Below, piece by piece: positions 18,773-27,971 of a DNA stretch of 64,000 nt. Origin of the DNA: a virus. Lineage: Duplodnaviria; Caudoviricetes. The notes under the pieces are model-generated. The model saw nothing but the letters and a program-made list of their open reading frames with translations. It was not told the DNA's origin and searched no databases. Made by a program: the position numbers and the translations under genes. Position 1 is the first letter of the stretch. Every line of letters starts with the position of its first letter. The stretch lies in IMG/VR virus record IMGVR_UViG_3300015607_004069, positions 96,001 through 160,000 of that record, one strand, 5' to 3'.

Positions 18773-19968
18773 TAAAATGCTCCATTCAGGGTGCTACCAA
18801 CTCTCTTGATATTTGCATCTACTGGCGTGATGTGTTTGATTAAGAGATCACACCAGTATGCACAGAATGGCGTGGCATTATTTACTACTACGGCCAGTCC
18901 CTCGCCGGGATTTAGTGTTAATGGATTGATACCATTTCCGCTTCTAAAGTCAATTCCATGTTGCACATCATTGACCATGAATTCTGACCAAAAACTGCTG
19001 GCCAGACCGGGAGCCATAATTGAAAATAAGTGCGTCAGGCTTTGACGTACAATTCCAATTCTTCTGAAAACAGCGGTGTTCTGTTCCGGATAAAGCAATT
19101 CTCCCTCTCCTAATCCATTTAAATCAGTTATCAGTCTGATTTGCATTGGATTATAGAATCGATTTCTGACGACTTTAATCGCTGCCGGAGTTGGCACAGA
19201 GGTATCACGTTGGACTAATTCGACCTCCTCACCTCCAATATATCTTGCTATTTTGATGAATCGAACATATGGAGAATCGATCAATGGTGATGTAATAGTC
19301 GTTGGACCCATATAAGTCACGTTCATATCGACTATTTGAATAATTTGTCCGGAACCAGTCCCATTATATAAAGCAAATGAAGCACTACCAGCAGTGGCAT
19401 AAATTGCGTTATAAGTATAATAAGTTTCTGAACCTATTTGAAGAGTGGCTGTCCAATACCATGCTGCATTAGACGGGAGATTGACTTGGTCGTTCGGTAC
19501 TAGTGCAATTCCCTCGCCTTCTCTTAGTACGATTCTTTGGCAACTGCTATTTATATATCCACAATCGAACAGGCTCCCAGTATCAGACCTTGGTGTATTG
19601 CCTGCGTAGTTTCTTCCAACACCCATGAGACTCAGCCCTTGAGTGCTAATAGGTAATATTAAATGCGAGCGATATTCTTCACCTGATAATACAACATCAG
19701 CATTTGTTTTTAATAATATTTCAGGAGCTATACTGGCATTGGCCTCAGATGCTTTTATTATTGGTATATCTGAGCCACCAGATAAACCTGTTATTTTGGC
19801 TAGGGCAAAAGCGCCGGGAGTGGTAGTGGTTGATGAAAATGGTTGGACATCGAGCTTGATTACTTGGATTTTTCTAGTGGCTCTTGTTGTTTCATTATTA
19901 TAGACGACCAATAGCGGCTGGTCGCGTGTCGCTATAGCTCTGCCAGCATAATGATAAGTTTCTGCCAT
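18772..19968 (-). CDS. Putative virion protein, two copies of domain shared with 19972-20496
   Basis: VYNNETT..IVLREGEGIALV and LYNGTGS..LTLNPGEGLAVV. Confidence 0.6.
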   Translation of the reverse strand: MAETYHYAGRAIATRDQPLLVVYNNETTRATRKIQVIKLDVQPFSSTTTTPGAFALAKITGLSGGSDIPIIKASEANASIAPEILLKTNADVVLSGEEYRSHLILPISTQGLSLMGVGRNYAGNTPRSDTGSLFDCGYINSSCQRIVLREGEGIALVPNDQVNLPSNAAWYWTATLQIGSETYYTYNAIYATAGSASFALYNGTGSGQIIQIVDMNVTYMGPTTITSPLIDSPYVRFIKIARYIGGEEVELVQRDTSVPTPAAIKVVRNRFYNPMQIRLITDLNGLGEGELLYPEQNTAVFRRIGIVRQSLTHLFSIMAPGLASSFWSEFMVNDVQHGIDFRSGNGINPLTLNPGEGLAVVVNNATPFCAYWCDLLIKHITPVDANIKRVGSTLNGAF

Positions 19969-19971
19969 GGT

Positions 19972-20496
19972 TTATGAAGCCGCATCAGTGAATAGAATCT
20001 CAAAGTCGCCAGAACCAACAGTTTGAGTGATTGATTGGATACTAAATCCACGACCCTCTGACGATCTACATGTGACTGGTTGGATATTTGAATCGCCGTA
20101 TCCAGAGTTCCAGATTTCTGCAAACGGAACCAATGTTCCAAGGGCATCCCAATCCAGAGTTGTTACTGTTGGTTCATCAGGAGAGTGTAAAATTTGTCTA
20201 ATAATATTACCGACTGTTATAGTCCTATTTTGTCCGGCTGTAGTATTGGCATTCAATGCACTATTGCTTGTATCCATTGTGACAGGTGTTACTGCAGTAC
20301 CGGCAGATGCTGCGGTGGTTATATTGCACCGAGCAGTATTTAGAACACCAGCAACAGCTGCCGTTCCATTATTAAACAGGTATGCTCTATAGATTCTGAT
20401 AAATCTGGTAGAACTTGAACTATTGAATACATCAAGCATATGCTTACTAGCAGCATATGCAACGCCCTGAGCTGATGCCTGCCATGTATTGGCCAT
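19972..20496 (-). CDS. Putative virion protein (single-domain paralog)
   Basis: VFNSSSS..VTCRSSEGRGFSI; Ala/Thr/Ser-rich. Confidence 0.6.
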   Translation of the reverse strand: MANTWQASAQGVAYAASKHMLDVFNSSSSTRFIRIYRAYLFNNGTAAVAGVLNTARCNITTAASAGTAVTPVTMDTSNSALNANTTAGQNRTITVGNIIRQILHSPDEPTVTTLDWDALGTLVPFAEIWNSGYGDSNIQPVTCRSSEGRGFSIQSITQTVGSGDFEILFTDAAS

Positions 20497-20499
20497 TCT

Positions 20500-20934
20500 C
20501 TACATCTCCACTATAGTTTGTCCGATGATTGCCTTATTAGTTTTAACACGATCATGTGTTAGGAGTTGTTCTGCTTCGTATTCAATGCCGTCTACAACGC
20601 ATTTTATTCGTATTCCCTCTGCGACTAATCCGATACCATCACCTTTTACAATGTCGAATTTTGACCCGATATTTCTTGATTGTCCAGTGGATACAGGGAG
20701 AGTAGGATTTTTAGTGGACATGACAGTGTTTTGGTCTTTAGCGACATCATATTGAACACCATTCTCCGCACATACCCATAATTTCCAGCTATTATCCTTT
20801 TGAAGAGCAAGATAATCAGTTACTGTTTTGTGGCAGACTATGCACGGCAGTCTTCTAGTCTTTTCATCCTTCGACCAGCCGACTCTTGTCAATGCTTCAC
20901 AACTTGGACAACGAAAAACTTCTAAATATGTCAT
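20500..20934 (-). CDS. Zinc-finger hypothetical protein
   Basis: CPSC..CIVC. Confidence 0.55.
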   Translation of the reverse strand: MTYLEVFRCPSCEALTRVGWSKDEKTRRLPCIVCHKTVTDYLALQKDNSWKLWVCAENGVQYDVAKDQNTVMSTKNPTLPVSTGQSRNIGSKFDIVKGDGIGLVAEGIRIKCVVDGIEYEAEQLLTHDRVKTNKAIIGQTIVEM

Positions 20935-21230
20935 GAGTCCACTCCTGCTGGTATGAAGATTGTTCGGTCAGGATGCATCTTTTCTGTCGATTGAAAGATG
21001 ACCTGATCGCCCTTTTCAACTACAATTTGAACAATTCTGCCTTCTTGTAGCGCTTTAAGAGCCTTACCAATAAATTCACGCTTATCCCCTGACGAACTGA
21101 GCCACCTATCGTGATTGATTTTAAAGATGTATTCAGATGCTGATCGCACTGCAGAATCTGGTAGACCAAACGGCACAGTTAGGAGCCATCTGTCGTTATC
21201 AAGATCATACTTGGCTGGTAATGGCTTCAT
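20931..21230 (-). CDS. Hypothetical protein
   Basis: GGAG RBS, coupled ORF. Confidence 0.55.
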   Translation of the reverse strand: MKPLPAKYDLDNDRWLLTVPFGLPDSAVRSASEYIFKINHDRWLSSSGDKREFIGKALKALQEGRIVQIVVEKGDQVIFQSTEKMHPDRTIFIPAGVDS

Positions 21231-21320
21231 CGAATAGCTCCATGGTCATTAATATTTTCGTTATGAATGCAATAGCAGGCTATGAATATACTATAATTGC
21301 AAACATAGAGATTGATTTAA

Positions 21321-22001
21321 ATGCAGATACCGACTATGAGGTCAGTTATTGACACCTTTGGCGGATGCTCACCAGCATTGGCATGGGCATCCGATATGGA
21401 TGTACAACAGGGTTGGGAGGTCTGTACAGAACCCGGCTGGCTTATGCTACTAGCATTTCAAATACAAAATAGGCCAAATGCAGTCGGGTTTACGAAAGCA
21501 GCCCTATGCGCCTATGAGTGCATAAAGCCAGCTATGAGCCTAACTACTGATCCTCTTCTACATGACATATTAAATCGCTCATTCAATTATAGTCAAGATC
21601 TAGCAACATTCAAAATACCGAATATGGAAGCTAATCGCTCCTACATGGTAAAATCGACAAAGGCTAGAATAGCTGAAATGAAACAAGAGGCTGCTGATAG
21701 TGGCCATATCTCTAAGCAGTCCATTATCGAATACGCTATCTGTGGTGCTGTTAATGCCTATACTACTGCCATGATAAGAAAGGATGAATTAAAAATATCG
21801 GCAAGACTGGTAAATTCGGCGATTGACTCATCAGTCAGCGCATACGTCGCCACCATTTATCCCGATTTTATCTATGAAGCATTTAATTTAAAGATGGTGA
21901 GTGCAAAAGAGCAAGTCGATGCTTGCGAACTGGCTCGTAACATAGAAATATGTCAGATATTGCGTTCTATTATTCCGCAACCATTCATTAAATATGAGTA
22001 A
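21321..22001 (+). CDS. Helical hypothetical protein
   Basis: CSPALAW..WEVCTEPGWL, Ala-rich. Confidence 0.55.
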   Translation: MQIPTMRSVIDTFGGCSPALAWASDMDVQQGWEVCTEPGWLMLLAFQIQNRPNAVGFTKAALCAYECIKPAMSLTTDPLLHDILNRSFNYSQDLATFKIPNMEANRSYMVKSTKARIAEMKQEAADSGHISKQSIIEYAICGAVNAYTTAMIRKDELKISARLVNSAIDSSVSAYVATIYPDFIYEAFNLKMVSAKEQVDACELARNIEICQILRSIIPQPFIKYE

Positions 22002-22003
22002 TT

Positions 22004-25000
22004 ATGCCAACAGACGTATACAATTCATCTACAACATGGGTCTGTCCAACCGGTGTAACATCTGTTGATGTAGAATGCTGGGGCGGTGGTGGTGCTGCTG
22101 GTGCTCCTACTACTAAAGGCACTACTGGTGCCGGTGGTGGTGGAGCCTACAGTAAGAAGCTAGCTATTTCGGTGACACCCGGAAATAGCTACACAGTCAC
22201 AGTTGGGGTTGGGGGTGATGGCGATACATTTACGCCCGGTGGTGACAGCTGGTTCAGCACCAGCGGCACGGTCCTAGCTAAAGGTGGAACAAACGGTGAT
22301 GATACTGGCACAACATTATTAGGAGGTGCTGGTGGTCTTGCCTCAGGTGGTGTCGGTGATACTAAATATTCTGGTGGTAATGGTGGCAATGGAAGTAATG
22401 ATAAAGACATAGGCGGTCCCGGTGGAGGAAGCTCTGCTGGCACCGGTGCCAATGGAAATAATGGTGCAAACGGCGCTGCTGCTGGCGTTATTGGTTCAGG
22501 CGGTGCCGCTCCGACCGGTGGTGGCAAGGGTGGCGACGGTGGTCGATCTGATGCTTCAATAATCGCGGAAAATGGATCAGCGCCTGGCGGTGGCGGTGGT
22601 GGCGGCGACGGCGGAGTCTCGAACAATGGCAGTGGAGCTAATGGTCGAGTTTCTATCACTTATATTGCGGCACCACAGGTAACAGTTAGTGATTCCATTG
22701 GTTCTCAAACAGCAACCTCTAGATTGTCGAATGCTTTTCGATCTATCGCAGAATTATTAATATCATCTGATTTTGCTAATGGTGGCATCCAAGCAATCAT
22801 AAATTATCGATTCAATTATCGCGGAGACATTCGTAGATTATGGAATATTTCGTTCTTATTAATAGATGACGATTATATGATGCCCACGGCAGGTGGGGCA
22901 TCAGGAGGTGTTTTCAATGTCAATACATCAGATAGTCTAGCCTTCACTGACAATTTTTCCAGATTAGTTCTTCTTTACAGAGTATTTATCGATAATTTGG
23001 CTTTTGTCGATAATATTTCTAGGTTAACTGTTAGCTATAGAACATTCGCTGACAATCTTGCATTGGCTGAATCGGTAAAGACTACCACCAATTATTTCAG
23101 ATCTGCTTTTGATAACTTGGGCCATACGGAAACAGTTCGCAAATTAGCCAACGTCTCTCGGTCTATTCTTGACAATATAGCTCTTTCTGATCGCGATCTG
23201 TTGTCTCAAGGTATGCTTGGCAACATGCTGGGCGAGATGCTTGGCGACATGCTAGGTGGCACCTCCTATGCCCCTAGTGTATTTATAAAGACTAGCTATT
23301 TTAGGTCATTAACTGATTCATTAGGCGAACAAGATTCTGTCAGCAGGCTGATTGCCGTTTACCGCTTTATAGCCGAATCAATAGCCTTGATTGATCAAGT
23401 ATCAAGAAGTCAGCAATTTGCTACAACAATTTCTGACAATTTAGGTGAGCAAGACGCAGTCAGCAGAATTGTTTCTTATCTTAGATCTATCATTGATAAT
23501 TTGGGGTTGTCTGATTTTGCTACAGCCGTTATTCAATTTAGTAGTACAACCTATAATGTTTCAGTTATTGATTCATTAGCATTTAGTGATCTAATTGTCA
23601 GGATGGTGACTGCCTTCAGATTTACTTCTGATTTGCTGGTTCAAATCGACACTACAGGCAGGCTCGTTAATGCTTTCAGGTCTGTCTCTGACGTATTGGC
23701 TGAAATCGATGCGACCAACAGATTTGTCAATACCTTTAGATCAGTATTTGATAATATTAATGCTCAAGATGCAACTGCTAGAATACTAAATGCCTTAAGA
23801 TCTGTATCTGATAGCATTGGCATTCAGGATACGACCAGCAAGCTATTAACAGCCTTCAGAACTTTATCTGATAATATTAGATTTCAAGATGCGTCTAGTC
23901 GATTAGCCAATGCTTTTAGGTCGATTGCTGATGATATAGATGTGCAGGATATCACTAGTCGTTTAGCTAATACTCTCAGACGATTTGCCGATAATCTTGG
24001 TATTCAAGATGCTACCAATGCTGGCGTTGCCAGATTATATAATATTCTGACTTCCGACAATTTAGGTGAACAGGATGCATTTTATCGTCTGGCAAATGCA
24101 GCTAGAACCATCGCCGATGGTTTAGTGTCAACCGATCAGGCATCAAGGCTGGTAGCATCGGCGCGGCTTTTGTTAGATTTATTGGCTGAATCTGATTCTA
24201 CACAGACTTTGACGAACTCCTTTAGATCGCTGGTTGACAATTTAAATGTCATTGATAATGTGTTTCGAAAGTCAGACGCTCTTAGGTTATCATCGTCGAA
24301 TCTCGGATCTGCCGATCTAGTAACGCGATCTACTTCTGTCTTCAGATCTATTACTGATTCGATAATCATATCTGATTTGGCATTGGTAAAATCGACCTTA
24401 TCCAGATTAGTGTCTGATAATGTAGCTGAGCAGGACTCTACTTCTAGAATCGTTCTGGTTGAAAGAAGGTTAAGCGATCTTATAGTAGAGACTGATGCTG
24501 CGACACGTCAAGCCAATACAGCTCGTTCTACTTCTGATTTCATAGCAGAAACCGATACTATAACACGTAAATCTGATGCTGCTCGATTGGCTTCAGACTT
24601 CCTAGTAGAAACTGACGCTGCTTCGCGTAAAGCTGACGCTTTCAGATCTGTTTCTGATGTTTTGGGTATTCGTGATAGTGTTGATAGATTATCTAATGCT
24701 TTAAGATCTATTTCTGATCTTCTTCGTATTATTGATATAGCTACGCCTTTAGGCACTTTTACATTATCTATTTCAGTACAGGAATCTCTCGGTTTAACCG
24801 ACAGCGTTTCCAGAAGGGTTAATGCTCTAAGATTGCTCTCTGATAGCATCGGTGTGGCTGATACCACTAAGACGATTTCTGCTATTTTTAGACTCACTTC
24901 TGATATTATCGGTTTGACTGATTCATTGAGTCGTGTAGCCACTAGTTTCAGAGCTGTCAGTGATTCGATTCGTATCACCGATTCTGCCAATACATCTGTT

Positions 25001-25792
25001 GTTTATTCAAGATTAATCAATGAACAAATTGGTCTGTTTAATGCGTTTAGTAGACTCGTCCAATCATTTAGATCGGTATCTGACAATTTTGCGTTGACTG
25101 ATGTACTTAATAGGCAGCTGGCACTCAGAATTTCACTTAGCGAAATTCTAGGCGTAGCCGATAATATTCTGAATAAGACGCTGCTCTTTAGGCTGATGTC
25201 CGATCTCATAGCGGAAAGCGACTCAGTTTCGAAGAGAATAGATGCTCGAAGATCGGTTCAAGACAATCTAGCGTTGTCTACTAATACATCTAGAATAGCC
25301 AACGCATTTAGAGCTATAAGCGATCAATTGTCAGAAACTGATGCGGTATCAAAAGCAGTCAGTTACAACAAATTGATTTCAGAACTGATAAAAGCTGCTG
25401 ACAATATACTGATTCAAACTAATACCAGACGATCAGTATCTGACTCAGTTTCTATGGTTGATCTGACTGGGATTTTCTTATCTGTCAGAAGAGCAATTGT
25501 AGAGTCGATTGGTGTTTCTGATTCGACGTTTAGAGTTTCAAACGCTATCAGATCCATATTTGATACTATTAACATCACCGATAGTGTTAGTAAGTCAATT
25601 CATATTGGCAGATTGGCTGTCGATAATATTGGTCTGTTGACAGAGGTCTATAAAACTGCAGAATACCATCGCTTGATGAGCAGTATGATAGGGATTGAAG
25701 ATGAAATGTTTACGGAAGTGATAAATCTGTCATTAGCAGTTGGCGTGTTTTATATTCTTGACACCCCTGATGCTTGGGGAGGTCTTTTCTAA
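22004..25792 (+). CDS. Tail-fibre-like protein: Gly-rich head + long 20-aa repeat shaft
   Basis: WVCPTGVTSVDVECWGGGG glycine-rich domain; repeats such as DNLAFVDNISRLTVSYRTFA over ~900 aa. Confidence 0.7.
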   Translation: MPTDVYNSSTTWVCPTGVTSVDVECWGGGGAAGAPTTKGTTGAGGGGAYSKKLAISVTPGNSYTVTVGVGGDGDTFTPGGDSWFSTSGTVLAKGGTNGDDTGTTLLGGAGGLASGGVGDTKYSGGNGGNGSNDKDIGGPGGGSSAGTGANGNNGANGAAAGVIGSGGAAPTGGGKGGDGGRSDASIIAENGSAPGGGGGGGDGGVSNNGSGANGRVSITYIAAPQVTVSDSIGSQTATSRLSNAFRSIAELLISSDFANGGIQAIINYRFNYRGDIRRLWNISFLLIDDDYMMPTAGGASGGVFNVNTSDSLAFTDNFSRLVLLYRVFIDNLAFVDNISRLTVSYRTFADNLALAESVKTTTNYFRSAFDNLGHTETVRKLANVSRSILDNIALSDRDLLSQGMLGNMLGEMLGDMLGGTSYAPSVFIKTSYFRSLTDSLGEQDSVSRLIAVYRFIAESIALIDQVSRSQQFATTISDNLGEQDAVSRIVSYLRSIIDNLGLSDFATAVIQFSSTTYNVSVIDSLAFSDLIVRMVTAFRFTSDLLVQIDTTGRLVNAFRSVSDVLAEIDATNRFVNTFRSVFDNINAQDATARILNALRSVSDSIGIQDTTSKLLTAFRTLSDNIRFQDASSRLANAFRSIADDIDVQDITSRLANTLRRFADNLGIQDATNAGVARLYNILTSDNLGEQDAFYRLANAARTIADGLVSTDQASRLVASARLLLDLLAESDSTQTLTNSFRSLVDNLNVIDNVFRKSDALRLSSSNLGSADLVTRSTSVFRSITDSIIISDLALVKSTLSRLVSDNVAEQDSTSRIVLVERRLSDLIVETDAATRQANTARSTSDFIAETDTITRKSDAARLASDFLVETDAASRKADAFRSVSDVLGIRDSVDRLSNALRSISDLLRIIDIATPLGTFTLSISVQESLGLTDSVSRRVNALRLLSDSIGVADTTKTISAIFRLTSDIIGLTDSLSRVATSFRAVSDSIRITDSANTSVVYSRLINEQIGLFNAFSRLVQSFRSVSDNFALTDVLNRQLALRISLSEILGVADNILNKTLLFRLMSDLIAESDSVSKRIDARRSVQDNLALSTNTSRIANAFRAISDQLSETDAVSKAVSYNKLISELIKAADNILIQTNTRRSVSDSVSMVDLTGIFLSVRRAIVESIGVSDSTFRVSNAIRSIFDTINITDSVSKSIHIGRLAVDNIGLLTEVYKTAEYHRLMSSMIGIEDEMFTEVINLSLAVGVFYILDTPDAWGGLF

Positions 25793-25801
25793 AAATAATT
25801 T

Positions 25802-26272
25802 ATGAAGATCATAAATTCACAAAGTCTGTCGAATGTCAATATATCGTCACTGGCAACAGTGTATAGTTATACTATTACAGAGACACTGTTGGTGGTGATT
25901 GATATTATCTTGGATGGTGTGTCGGCCAATGCCGATTATGATTTTCAATTTTTCAGCGACAATGCCATGATATTGCCTTCTAGAAATATACCCATACCAG
26001 CCGGAGTCACTAAAGCCAATATTCAAAGTAGAAGCTTAATGGTCAGAGCTAATACTGCTTTGACCTTAAAAATTAGTGGTGCACCATCGGATACTAGTGT
26101 AAATATCCTAGTTAATCTTATTAATGCCAGCCCAATTGAAGCAGATGATGTTGTGACCACCATAGAACCCGGTGTCACCGATGCTATTACAGAAGGTCTG
26201 GCACAGACCGAAATCAGGCCGACTAGGACTATACTCGGACCATGTAGAGCCGAAGATTGCGAGGATGAATAA
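25802..26272 (+). CDS. Beta-sandwich putative virion protein (paralog of 17636-18121)
   Basis: NASPI..IRPTRTILGPC. Confidence 0.6.
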   Translation: MKIINSQSLSNVNISSLATVYSYTITETLLVVIDIILDGVSANADYDFQFFSDNAMILPSRNIPIPAGVTKANIQSRSLMVRANTALTLKISGAPSDTSVNILVNLINASPIEADDVVTTIEPGVTDAITEGLAQTEIRPTRTILGPCRAEDCEDE

Positions 26273-26502
26273 TGAATTTGATGGAAATGCTGCTGGATGC
26301 CATCAAATCTTGGCACGTAGACCCAAAGGCTACAGCTAAAAAGTTACGTGGCGTAGCAGAGAAGATCATTTCTATTTCGGAAAAGTTAGAAATGCAGGGT
26401 CAAGAAAATCCATGGATGTCAGATGGCGGATTAGGAGACAAAGTCCTAATCAATGTTGTTGGTCCAGATGGCTCTACTAAACAGACTGTTACACAGGGGT
26501 AA
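26272..26502 (+). CDS. Hypothetical protein
   Basis: Coupled ORF; VVGPDG motif shared with next gene. Confidence 0.55.
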   Translation: MNLMEMLLDAIKSWHVDPKATAKKLRGVAEKIISISEKLEMQGQENPWMSDGGLGDKVLINVVGPDGSTKQTVTQG

Positions 26503-26508
26503 GGAACA

Positions 26509-27060
26509 ATGAGTGATCTTCTCAGAGGCATAACCAGAGCAGGTCATGCTGATTTCAAAAATCCGCAACCACATGCTGCACCCGGTTTTCGAAACCGAGT
26601 AAGATTACAAGTTGTCGGTCCAGATGGTAAAGTCAAGAAGACTACACCATGGGTCGAGAACATCATGTGCACATTCGGCTTGGCCAGTCTTGCATCTATG
26701 GTCGGCTCTGGTGCTGGTGTCAATGCCTCCACTCTAATTTCTGCTTGCAAGATTGGTACTGGTAACACCGGTGCCACCTCGAATGATACCTCACTGGCCA
26801 ATTCCACAGGCTCCGTGGTCATCACAGCCGCATCTATGACCAAGACTAATCTTGGCAACAGAACAGTTGAATATCAGCATACTTTCGCTTCCAACAATCC
26901 AGCCGGTGCTGCTCAAATTCAAGAAGTGGGCCTTTTCTGTAATAGCACAGCAGACAGCCAGCTCGCCGCACGAACAGTGCTTACAGGAGCAAATAGCGTC
27001 AATAAGGGAGCGAGCGACGTAATCAACCTTTCGTACCAAATCATTTTTACCACAGGCTAA
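26509..27060 (+). CDS. Tail/baseplate-associated structural protein
   Basis: ENIMCTFGL..IGTG..DTSL..IQEVGLF..LAAR..VNK..INLSYQI pattern typical of phage tail-fibre N-terminal-like domains. Confidence 0.65.
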   Translation: MSDLLRGITRAGHADFKNPQPHAAPGFRNRVRLQVVGPDGKVKKTTPWVENIMCTFGLASLASMVGSGAGVNASTLISACKIGTGNTGATSNDTSLANSTGSVVITAASMTKTNLGNRTVEYQHTFASNNPAGAAQIQEVGLFCNSTADSQLAARTVLTGANSVNKGASDVINLSYQIIFTTG

Positions 27061-27082
27061 TCCTAATAATTAAAACCAAAAT

Positions 27083-27115
27083 GCGATAGCCGAGAATAAT
27101 TCTCTCGGCTATCGC
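27083..27115 (+). terminator. 13-bp hairpin ending structural operon
   Basis: GCGATAGCCGAGA / TCTCGGCTATCGC. Confidence 0.65.
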
Positions 27116-27309
27116 TGTATATGGTATTAACCAGAATGAGTGAATTAGCGGCGTTGGACACTGACACGCAAGCAGTTGGGGAAGAAAGCTCACCGATAAG
27201 ACCATGCTGACCAAGTGGAGAGCGATAGGTCTAGCAGGTGGAATTCCTGCCTAATTCACTTTTGGAGTTCATCGTGATTCGCCGCTACTTCTCGGTTATC
27301 GCTGTATAT
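27103..27309. repeat. 20-bp direct repeats (27103-27122, 27290-27309), degenerate third copy at 27614-27631
   Basis: TCTCGGCTATCGCTGTATAT vs TCTCGGTTATCGCTGTATAT (19/20); CCTCGGCCATCATTATAT (13/18). Confidence 0.8.
27138..27261 (+). ncRNA. tRNA-like structured RNA candidate (no canonical anticodon arm)
   Basis: 11-bp terminal stem GAGTGAATTAG/CTAATTCACTT, D-like arm GCGT/ACGC with GG loop, T-like arm GCAGG-TGGAATT-CCTGC. Confidence 0.6.
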
Positions 27310-27579
27310 TTACCCTACTCGCATCAGTTGCTTTAAATTTAGTTTATCAGAAGTGAGGTCTGGATTGCTCAATACCAATTTAAGCTCCTCATAACCAGAT
27401 ATCATCTCTATCTGCAGCTCCATATCAAGTATTTTCACGACTCTGGGAAACTCTGCACTGTTTATTACAATCTTCTCGTTGTTTATAGCAATGTATGGAA
27501 ATTTGTTTTTATCTAATTTGATGCGGCAATATTCACACTTGTTATCATGTGTTACCTTCAAGATCGTATTTGTCTTCAT
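27310..27579 (-). CDS. Hypothetical protein
   Basis: 89-aa ORF between repeat copies 2 and 3. Confidence 0.5.
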   Translation of the reverse strand: MKTNTILKVTHDNKCEYCRIKLDKNKFPYIAINNEKIVINSAEFPRVVKILDMELQIEMISGYEELKLVLSNPDLTSDKLNLKQLMRVG

Positions 27580-27671
27580 GATCTTATCTCTACAAGCATA
27601 GGTTGATAATAATCCTCGGCCATCATTATATTTAGTATTAATGAAGCGTGCATTTTGTATTAGGAATTACT

Positions 27672-27896
27672 ATGAGCAATATCGGTCGGCTGTTGTTTAA
27701 TGATGGTAATTCAAATACCAATAGCAATTATCGAACTTGGCGTATTGAAGCAGAAGGCTATGACTGGTTGATTATTCGAAGATCTGGCGATTTCAATTAT
27801 CTGCCTGAATTGATCACGTTTAATGATTCCGACTCATTACATCGCCAAGAAATTATAGATAAATGGGCCATTCCACCGTCTACAAATTTGATTTGA
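27672..27896 (+). CDS. Hypothetical protein
   Basis: AGGA RBS; RIEAEGYDWLIIR. Confidence 0.5.
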   Translation: MSNIGRLLFNDGNSNTNSNYRTWRIEAEGYDWLIIRRSGDFNYLPELITFNDSDSLHRQEIIDKWAIPPSTNLI

Positions 27897-27971
27897 TACT
27901 ATTTTCGAGCCTTTCCTTTTGATTTTTCTGGGTTCAGAAGCCTTTAAAAGGCCTATGTGATTTTCTGTCGC

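Noticed and set aside
22189-25209. Long antisense ORFs (e.g. 22189-22659, 24508-24990)
   Set aside because: Shadow frames of Gly-rich/repetitive coding sequence
22004-25792. Diversity-generating retroelement or tape measure
   Set aside because: No reverse transcriptase or TR/VR pair seen; repeats are beta-type with a Gly-rich fibre head, unlike helical tape measures
27103-27631. CRISPR mini-array
   Set aside because: Intervals are ~167 and ~304 bp, far longer than spacers, and no cas genes are in the window
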